A stretch of 64,000 nucleotides of DNA, taken from Selaginella moellendorffii (taxonomy: Eukaryota > Plantae > Lycopodiophyta). The DNA lies in NCBI RefSeq assembly GCF_000143415.4, contig NW_003314262.1, positions 4,710,389 to 4,774,388 of the forward strand. The letters are read 5' to 3'. Below are positions 13,902 to 24,188 of this stretch, piece after piece (position 1 is the stretch's first letter; each line of letters starts with the position of its first letter). A program made the translations under genes and the position numbers. Below the pieces are notes generated by a model, which made no database searches, was not told the origin of the DNA, and worked only from the letters and a program-made list of their open reading frames with translations.

Positions 13902-14924
13902 CTAGCGCGGTGACTTTGTGTCCAGACTGAGTCCATCTGGTTGTATAATAAATCTCATTGTCAAGGTGAACAAGCCGAATCTGAAGCTAAAGAAGAGCGA
14001 TGGCATGCGCGCACACACTATTTGTTTGTTCATTGAGCGTGTGGTGAGCTTTCCAAGATGAGCCTTCATGCAGACCAAACCCCTCTGGAAGACCATGCCC
14101 CCCACCTGATGTTCTGAAGCATCAACAGATGACCGTAATGCCTCATACACAAAATTGCGAGCTGCCTTCCAGGACAATGTCTTGTATCTTGCTCTCTCCT
14201 CTTCAATAGCATCCCAATCAGCATGTTGACAGCACCTCCTCTTGCAACAAGCAACTGTCGAGACCATTCGAACCTCCATCGCCATTTTCTGCCTTTTCGG
14301 TTCGTTGCTCAGATCCCTTTGGCTGCGCTGTAGGAAGGTGTACTTTCTTTTCCCATGAAGAGATGTTCTGTCATCAGTTGTAGTGGTGTTTGATTGTGAA
14401 TCCTTCACATTCTCAAACACTAAATGCCTCAATTTCCACCGCACAATGCTTCCAATAGTCAGACTGTTTTCTTCTGTGTCAACAACCTCTAAAATTGCAA
14501 CTCCAATATCATCCCAGCCCAATTCTTGATTAGCAACCGCATCTCTTGGATCGACAACTGTGGCTAAGCCCTCAGCTACCACCTCCCCCTCGGGGTTGTT
14601 TAGAAACACCTTTGCCTGAATCCATGTAGCACGGTTCTTAAGATCCACAGAGGGAACATGCGTCGCACTTGCGCTGTCCCCAACATCTGCTTTCTTCTGC
14701 AGATTTTTCAAGGCAACAACAACATTTACCCCGACGACCATCTCTCCTCGTTCAATAGCGACCACATTCCCATCGAAGACAGTCTCTACTGATACAGCAG
14801 CATTGCCTTCCCCAAGCCTTTGACAGTGTATAACAAAGTTCCGATCCATAGACACAAGGGTCCCTTTTGCAACTCTCTTCCCACCATTCAAAATGTAAAC
14901 CTTTTCCCCAACCCTGAAGGCCAT
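13902..14924 (-). pseudogene. Truncated transposase of copy B (N-terminus with two Tnp1/En/Spm-like domains; catalytic core deleted)
   Basis: Matches copy A up to GLVCMKA, then jumps to the sequence at A 10675 (about 2.6 kb deleted). Retains ~81 N-terminal residues that A has lost. Confidence 0.85.
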
Positions 14925-15929
14925 TCTGAAAGTGCAGAAAAGAAGTTAAGACCATACAAAAAATGATTGGAGAATGGCCTAAATCATAACATACCAAATA
15001 GCATGAGGCCACATGCCATTATTCAAACATGCTATTGACACCCACGTGAAATTTCGCATTCACAAAATTGGCATGAGCCCTCATGCCATTAGTGGTACCA
15101 CTAATGGCATGAGGCCTCACACTATCTTTGGCCCCTGCTAGCCTGTTGCTATATTCCTTTTGCCTTGTTGCAACTGTATATATTTTTGTGTGCGTGACTA
15201 GTCACCCATACAAAAATATATACAGTTGCAGCAAGGCAAAAGGAATATGGCAATAGGCTAGTAGGGGCCAAAGATGGCATGAAGCCTCATGCCATCTTGA
15301 TATACACACAGCTGCAGGCAAGTAAAAACATACATGACAATACGCTAGCCATGAAATTGCAAGGGCCCAAGATGGCATGTGGCCTCATGCCATTTCTAAA
15401 TGTGGTCCTAAACCATTCCATGGTGAACATACCAGGAAGCACAAGTGCCGAATATCAAGAGGAAGCGGTAGCCACACCAAAGACAGTGCCGCTCGCAACA
15501 CCGCAACTACTCGTAGCGCCGCTCGCAACACCGCAACTGCTCGTAGCGCCGCTCGCACAAACTGCCACTCGCATAAACTGCCGCTCGCAATGGCGCTCGC
15601 AATGCCGCAACCGCTTGTAGACGCATAAACCACAGCTCACAACGCCGCTTACACAAGCAGCGCTCACTGCGCTCAGCGGAACCAAGAACACGGCGCACAA
15701 AAATGATAGACCTAGGAATGAGTTCGAGAATTCAAAAATAACACACGCTTGAACGTCACATCAAATCCTCTGACAAACCAGATCTTATGATTCCTCTAAC
15801 AAATTTCAAACTGAGTAGCTTCTAGACTTTGCTGTCGGAGGTTGAACTTTGTCACATCATGTCCTTGCCTCGATCCAGCTGTGCCATGTCAGTGATTCGA
15901 ACTTTGCCATGCCATGTCAGCGATCCGCG

Positions 15930-17785
15930 CCAAGATTATTCGCCGTGTAAAGGAATAATTATGCTGTGTGTGTACGTCCATTTATGGCAATATAAGGCCA
16001 CATGCCATTCAAAGAATAATGCTAGTCGAGCATCTTTTGGTGCATTTTTGGGTTCAAAATTGCATGAGCCCACACGCTATAAAGTTTACCTGTACCAAAA
16101 ATAGAAACAGCTTTATTTACTTGGGAATTTATATGGCTGAGGCATTTTTAAACTTACAAACACATGCCCTACTTACATTCCTTTGGTTGCTTAAAATTCA
16201 AAAATATTATAAACCTTTCTTTTTGCATTTTCAATGTTTTCAATTATAGTTTTTGATTTTCGCAGGACCAGCCTAGTAATCTATTTGCATCCCATCATGT
16301 TTATAGCTAGCTTTCGTTTGTCCCCTTCGCTAGCCTGAGATACATCTGCTCGGCATCTGCCTCTTACAGCATTTGCCCAGAAAGGGCATCTTTCTTCACG
16401 CAGCATTTGCCACATGTTTAGGGTTAGGGTTTAGGGTTTAGGGTTTAGCAATTCAGTAGCTTGATAAACATGCAAATACAGAACTTGATGCAAAATCCTT
16501 TGATATGTCACAATGCCCCTAGGACCATAAACACATTTCAATAGAGAGGGTCCTTTCATTTCATAACTCCTTACGTAGATCTTGGTGAAACCAGAGTTAG
16601 TGAAGTTGGTTTCTTGTGATCCCACATCTGATTGTGATGTCCCTTTGCAGTGTCGATGGAAAGGTCAATGCACACCAAACTGTAGAATCTTGGAGCAAAA
16701 TAACGGTCGGATCTATGGCAAATGCCCCTGAAACATTGTAAGGCTCGTGTGGTCTCATGTGGTGTCCGATCGAGATGCTTCTTTGCAGGGTCATCAAGAA
16801 GGACATTGTATACCATTCTGTAAAATCTGGTTGCGATCTAACGGTTGGATCTCCAGGAAACTCAAAACAATCTCGCGCGTGTTAGAATATTCTAGGAATA
16901 TACTCCTATGTGCTCCAAGATTATTCGCCGTGTAAAGGAATAATTATGCTGTGTCATTTATGGCAATATAAGGCCACACGCCATTCAAAGAATAATGCTA
17001 GTCGAGCATTTTTTGGTGCATTTTTGGGTTCAAAATTGCATGAGCCCACACGCTATAAAGTTTACCTGTACCAAAAATAGAAACAGCTTTATTTACTTGG
17101 GAATTTAAGTGGTTGAGGCATTTTTAAACTTACAAACACATGCCCTACTTACATTCCTTTGGTTGCTTACATTCCTTTGGTTGCTAGCTTTCGTTTGTCC
17201 CCTTCACTAGCCTGAGATACATCTGCTCGGCATCTGCCACTTACAACATTTGCCCAGAAAGGGCATCTTTCTTCACGTAGCATTTGCCACATGTTTAGGG
17301 TTTAGGGTTTAGGGTTTAGCAATTCAGTAGCTTGATAAACATGCAAATACAGAACTTGATGCAAAATCCTTTGATATGTCACAATGCCCCTAGGACCATA
17401 AACACATTTCAATAGAGAGGGTCCTTTCATTTCATAACTCCTTACGTAGATCTTGGTGAAACTAGAGTTAGTGAAGTTGGTTTCTTGTGATCCCGCATCT
17501 GATTGTGATGTCCCTTTGCAGTGTCGATGGAAAGGTCAATGCACACCAAACTGTAGAATCTTGGAGCAAAATAACGGTCGGATCTATGGCAAATGCCCCT
17601 GAAACATTGTAAGGCTCGTGTGGTCTCATGTGGTGTCCGATCGAGATGCTTCTTTGCAGGGTCATCAAGAAGGACATTGTATACCATTCTATAAAATCTA
17701 GTTGTGATCTAACGGTTGGATCTCCAGGAAACTCAAAACAATCTCGCGTGTGTTAGAATATTCTAGGAATATACTCCTATGTGCT
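15930..17785. repeat. Tandem duplication inside copy B (units ~15930-16914 and ~16915-17785)
   Basis: Both units start CCAAGATTATTCGCCGTGTAAAGG and end ...TACTCCTATGTGCT; duplicated small ORFs at 16571 and 17442. Confidence 0.88.
16417..16448 (+). repeat. Short interstitial telomeric (TTTAGGG)n / telo-box tract in the transposon intergenic region (also 17294-17319, and 6327-6344 in copy A)
   Basis: TTTAGGGTTAGGGTTTAGGGTTTAGGGTTTAG. Confidence 0.8.
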
Positions 17786-18786
17786 CCTGAAAATGGCATG
17801 CGGCCCCACGCCATTCAAGAGATAACGCCAGATGACGCCGAGCATTTTTTGGTGCATTTTTTGGGATCAAAATTGCATGAGCCCACATGCTTGAACGTCA
17901 TCCTCTGACAATTTATTTAGCTGAACATCTGGCATTTTTGGAAATACAAGATGCTTTGGAATATCCAATCATGCATGGTATAAATATAGCGAGGGTATTA
18001 AATGATATCCCAATCATGATCTTTCTTTTGGATTTCGCGTGCATGCAGTCCGAGGAATGATGACGTTGCGGATTTCTTTTGGATTTCACGCATGCGCGCG
18101 CCGATCCAGAAATTAATGGTGGCGCCCAAGTCCGAGAAATGATGACGTGGCGGGATTACCAACCGTCGTGACATTTTGCGTGTGTGAGGTTAGGTTTTGC
18201 ATTTTGCTTCGTACTCGCGCTCGCACACTCGCGCTCGCATCGCGCTCCCACTCGCGCTCCCACTTCTCTACAGGTTTCTCGTGTGCATCGGCGTCCACTC
18301 GCGCTTGCATCACACTCGCGCTCGCATCGCGCTCGCATCGCGCTCGTGTGCATCGGCGTCCACTTCAAGACACACCCAGTTTGTAACTTCGCCGCCAACT
18401 CCGCCGCCCACTCCGCCACCCACACGCAGCCCACTTGGCGTCCTGGGAGATTTCAGCGCCACTCTCCAACTGTAAGTGGTAGAGTAGCCTTGTTGCTACG
18501 ATCCGCTGCACACACAGTGCACATTCGCCAGCGAGTCCGGTTGTCACGCCTCCATTCGGCTTCAAATGGTAAGTCTTTTAGGCCAAGTAGAAAATGGCAT
18601 GAGGCCACATGCCATTCAGTAGCAACATTGGCATGCACCGATTGGGCTCTCGAGTGCAGTCCGGTTACAGATGGCGTGTAGCCTCACGCCATCTTAGGAT
18701 GCAGCCTCAAGACATCTGATGCAGTGGTGAATGGCGTGTGGCCTCACGTTATTTCCAGCTACTAGCTTTTCATCTGTCAGCTCTAA

Positions 18787-21700
18787 TTGTTGTGCATTTC
18801 TGAACAGGCGAGGAATTGCGTTCTTCTTCGAGCCACTGTCAATGTGGATGCAGAGAAGGGGGAGGAGCTCACCAGTTGGACTTTCGGGATGGAAGGCGAG
18901 GATCTGAGGCTGTACAACACAGATGGTGGGAGAAAAGAATGCATGGGGATCCTCATCCAAGTGACAGACACTCCATGCAGTTCCATGCAAGAATATGGAC
19001 TGGCACTTGTGGTAGAGACAGCATCTGCCTTCAAGATCCACCTTGCACATCCTAGCGGCTTCCCGGAGGGGGGCAGCGGCTATGAGGAATTCCTAGAGGG
19101 AGCTAGGGAGAGCTTGTCCAGGAGGCCCACAATTTCAAAGACGCTGCGGGTCTATGAAGATCACATGGAATCCACGGACCTCACCTACGGCGATGTTCAA
19201 AAACTATATTCCAACATTGAGCCGTTGAGAGTGACTCCAGTTCGCAAAGCGAAGGGGAAGGGGGTCGATCTGGAAACTACCCCGAAGCAGAAAAGGGTGG
19301 TCAAGCTCAAGCCGACGTCCGACTCTCCTGCTCCAAAAAAGAAGCTACTCAGTGATGCCATTGCCTCGGGTTCGAACACTACACCCACCAAAAAGAAGAG
19401 CCGCAAAGAGCAGAAAGAGCAAGAAGAGGCAGCAAAAATCGTCGCAGATAATAGTACTTGTTACTATTCCAACAAAGTATATACAATCGACGTGAGCCAT
19501 ATCGACATCCAAAGCAAATACAACCACAGGCTAGTATCTGATGAGTGGGTGGAGAAATTGAAGTAGAAGATGCTGGCAAGTCCAGTAACACCCGACATCG
19601 CAGACGTGATCCCCTACTACCAAAAAATGAAGGGCGAGATGAGGTTTCCAGACTTGATCAATAGGAAGGTGTTGGACGATCAGAACATCTGGTTCTATGC
19701 CGTCTCCGGGCAGCATTCTAGCTTGGCGATGCAAGAGATAGTTGTGGATATTATGGTGGGCGAGGAGGTGAAGAAAGTCTTCAAGACAAGAGTTGTCCGC
19801 CTGATAAAAGGCAACTCGCCCCTCCGATCTATCATATACATCTCCCACACGCAGAATGTCAAGCAAGAAACGTGCTACAAATCGGGTCTGCACGAGACAT
19901 TGGCACGAACACGGAAGCTCTGGGTTCAACTGAAGAAGCCACAAAAACCAGGACAAGGATGTGCATTAGCAACTAGCGCCTGGCAGGTAAGCCTCGTTGT
20001 ATGTGGCATAGCATGTGGCCTCACGCCATTTCCATTGCAGGAATTCTCGAGTCTTCTCTCGAAAACACTGGGGGTCAATGACACACTCAGCATCCATAAC
20101 ATTCTACTCGCGACAAAAGTTGTTTTTGACAAATGGGTAGATGTGCTGAGGAGGTACCATGACGGGGAGTTGCCAAACTCAATGGGTGTGGAGGACGGCC
20201 GGAAGCCCAATGATTTGAAGCTCAACGCCTTGCGTTTCTCGCGGTCTCTAGACGACAACGACCTTCTGACAGTGGCTAATGCTCTTCTACGTGGTGAGGT
20301 TGTCTTCAACAAGACCAAAATGACTCCCGGCCATATTGTGACATACGAGGACTTGTGCACGACTCTGAGAGCTCGTGCGCTATTGAAGGATTGGATCTTC
20401 GAGCAAGTGGCCGTGGAGAGGGTGAGCATCGACACCACGCAAGAGATGATGGAAGCGCTGGAGTTGTCAAATGAAGACATCGACGAGTACGTGAAGGGGG
20501 CCCCCAAGTTCATCGATCTACTGCGGGATGCCACGAAAAGTAAAGCTGAGAAGTTGGATCAGTATCCAAATTTCATTAAGATTGATGTCGACCGCCGGCT
20601 TCAGAAATAGCTCGACCCCGCAGCAGAGGCCTATCGAGAACCTTACCGGGTATACTTGAATTCGGATGAGGATCAAAGGTGGAGGAGCATCGTTTCCCGC
20701 GGAGATGAGCAGGTCAAGAACATCTTTTGTGTGATGGACTTCACAAACGAGGAGATCACTCATGCAGACGAAGTCAGCTCCATCATTGACTTAATGGTGG
20801 GACTTGCGGAGGTGGAATCTTCAGTCCACTATATGATCTACGACTCCGAATCCTATCACAAGTTCTGGAAGGCCTTGAACGAGGTGAAGGCTCGGTTGAA
20901 AGGCAAGGAGATGCGGGAGATCCATGGGATAATGGCTAAGAAGAAGATACCGACGAATGTCCGCATCTTCACACTCGCCCTTGTTATTGGTCCTGCAGCA
21001 GAGTGGGACTGGAGTGACTTCCCAGCTTCGTTCGACAAGGCCAATCGAATTGATCTGAGGGAGGTCAATTTACCCGTGCCTGAGGAACTGAAGACGGCTA
21101 TGGAGCTTTCGAATCCAAAGAAAGCTCCAGGTGCAGCATGGGAAATGCTCAGCTGGGTCTTCAACGCAATAGCGGGTGGGTCACTTGCTTCCGACTCCAA
21201 GGGCAAATGCGTTGTCGAGTACAACTGCGGCGGACTATTCTTTCAAGCCGCACTACTCAAGGGTGTCCCGTGTGTTGCGGTGACAAACTCCATTGAAGAG
21301 GTGACTTCAATGGAGCATATAATTACAGTTGCCAAAGAAAAACAGTATCTTCTCTGCGAACCTGGTGAGTACGCACTTTAAGTTTAAATGTTATCTCACA
21401 AGCTCTATATGCAGGAGCGTGGCCACCCCCAGATGCTGAAACGGCGTTAACAGCTACTGTTGAAGATACCCATGTTGGGCCGAGCTCACAACCTGCACAA
21501 GGTAAGGTCACGTGAGGCCTCACGCCATTTTGATTATAGATCGTTGTGAATATTCAGACACGAGGACTGAAAAGCGCACTGGTGGCGCATCGAAGAAGGA
21601 CAAACAGAAAAGCAATAGGAAAAAAGGAGGTACAAATTATATTTGCAATGGCGTGTGGTCTCATGCCATTCCTTGCAGGAGAAACTTCTTCAAAGGCAAA

Positions 21701-24188
21701 ACAGGCAAGCACCAGCCAAGCTCAAACTGACAGTGGTCATAAAAAGCGAAAGCACGTTGGACAGTCATCGAGATCAGAGGCGTTTGATTCGAAAAGGAAG
21801 AAGGGCAACGAAAAGATGATAGGTAATGCCTCGCGGTTATGGCGTGTGTGCTCATGCCATTCATTGCAGATCAAGGGCTGAGTGAAAGCAGGCAGTCACC
21901 ACCTCATGACTCAGATTCCTATGGCAGACTCCCCTTCCCCAATCTCAATGGAGAGGTACAATGGATGAGGGAAGATTTTCAAGGCAGGGCCACATTTTTC
22001 TCATCTCGTCGTCTTCGAAGGGTGCAAGAACGTGCAGAAACCATGTTAAGACAGTCGGGTGAGGATACGGTCCTAGGTCACGCACTAAAACAGGCTATGG
22101 ATGTCTTGTATTTTGAGATGGAGACTCGGCCAGATGATTTTCCCAAGATGGTCCTGGAAGAACAAGCCATCCAACCTGAGCAGCCTATGGAAGAAATGCA
22201 GGAGGGGGATGAGGAGCCAGAGAAAGATAATGAGCAGGAAGAGCAGAAGGACGAAGAGGAGGACAAAGAAGAGGAGGACGAAGAAGAGGAGGACGAAGAG
22301 GACTTGGATGGTCCTCACAATGGTGATGATCACAATAACGACGACGACGATGATGACGACGATGGCCAGCCTGAGGTGGCCAAAGAGCGGCGGAGGAAGG
22401 TCATACAAGACAAACCATCAGGTAAATAATAATACATCCATTCCTAACCTTTTACCATTTCTAACATTGTCCATGTAGGTCGCAGAGAAAATGGTAAGTA
22501 GAGATTATTCAGTTGAATTTACAAACTCTAGCCTTTAGTGTCGAGGAAGGATAGTGCCAAGCAAGGGTCGAAACGTATGTCCAATCCTTCAGAATCAGCA
22601 GTGCGCTCAAGTGATATCGGTCCTAGTTCCTCAATAGCAGTTGATGGTAAATACAGTATAGTCGATTCAATGTGCTAATGAGTTTGTTTTTAGTAGCACG
22701 GGAGGATACCATCTCAATCGAAGGGAGATATTTGGACATGCATATGGATCCGCCAGTGGACTCTACTTGGCTGCAAGAGTCATCAGAGCTGGTGGAGGCT
22801 ACTATCCATATCAACGCCAAGCAAGCTGACCACGCTCCACTTGATGCTGCCCATACCACTGAGTCAATCTTGTCCACGTATCCAACTGACGGTGACCAGG
22901 CGCCATTGGACCCACATGAGGCCGCCCCAGCCGCCGAGCCGGTCGTATCCTCATTTCCAACGGACTCAACGTGTGCTCAATCGTCTGACTACGCGCCGTT
23001 GGAACCTCCCTACACCGCCCCTGCTGCCTGTTTGGTCATGTCCACTTTGCCAACGGAGGCACCAGCTGAAATGGCGTGTGATCACACGCCATCGGAACCA
23101 CCCCATGCCACTGTTGAGCCAGTTGTACCAGAGTCTACAGCTGAAATGGCATGTGCCCACACGCCATCGGATGCGATTGACCCCACATTTCAGAGGAGAG
23201 TATTTCCGCCCTTCACGTTTCCTCGACCAAAACCCTCTCAACGACCATCGGGAGCAACATTCGCTAATATTGTAGATGGTAAAATTGACTTGTACCATTT
23301 TTTATGCTGACGCATTTCATTTTAGAGTCACGGCGAAGGTACTGTATTATTTTTTATCTGAACGGTGTCCTTTTCTCCCATGAGCGTGGCTCGTCCTCGA
23401 ATGTCATTGCACCCTCCAAAGCCTGTGGTCACAAGTTGGTCAAAAGAGACAGATTCACATTAATCACACGGGAGAAACTGCGGGATCTAATAATGACCAT
23501 GCGACACTTAAAACAGAGGGCCGGGTTCAATTTGCAATTGGGAGTTTGGACATCCATGATGCGCCACAATGCATTAACGTTGCTACAGATGATGCACGAT
23601 CAGACGCGAGTAATATTACCATTTGACTTTCTCCTAACGCAGGAGGATTGCTTGACTATGGTCCATGTGAGGGGTAGCAAGCCCATCTTCGTCAAGCCAG
23701 AGGCTGTAGTGATGAACCGGACTGCTAGCTCAAGTGAAATCCTCATCATCGATGACTCGCCGATTAAAACTGCAGCGAACACGCACACATATGCAGTGCA
23801 CCCCATCTCTTGCAGTATGGAAACTAAGGAGAAGAAACCGTATGTTCTGGGGGACCTTGCAAAACGGCTTGGAGCGATGGTGATAGAGAACCGGCCAGTC
23901 CAGGAGGTGGCTGCAGAAATCAACCAAATGGCAGATGGAACGGTATATCAAAAGCCATTTGATCGGACAGACACCAGTCATCATTTATGGCATGTATATT
24001 GTCTAGCCAAGCACTATCCGCATCTCCATAATCTGCTCAACCGGATGGGTTCTTCGACCACTGAACATGAGCGTGGACGTATTAGAGAAGAGATGGCATT
24101 ACTATTGGGTTTAAATCCTGATAGTGTGGAGAGTGATGAAATTCCAAGATTATTGTATAGGCGTTGGAGGCAAAAAATAACAGTCTGA
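18787..24188 (+). pseudogene. Multi-exon transposon accessory gene: ParB/Srx-like + degenerate MTase-like + acidic tract + FCP1/HAD-like (start uncertain; two premature TAGs)
   Basis: ORFs starting at 18787, 19570 and 20656 are in one frame, with TAG at 19564 (CAG in copy A) and 20608. GT-AG introns at 19987-20040, 21365-21414, 21502-21557, 21630-21678, 21823-21869, 22422-22478 and 23279-23325. The terminal exon has LNGVL, VWTS, IIDDSPIK. Confidence 0.75.
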
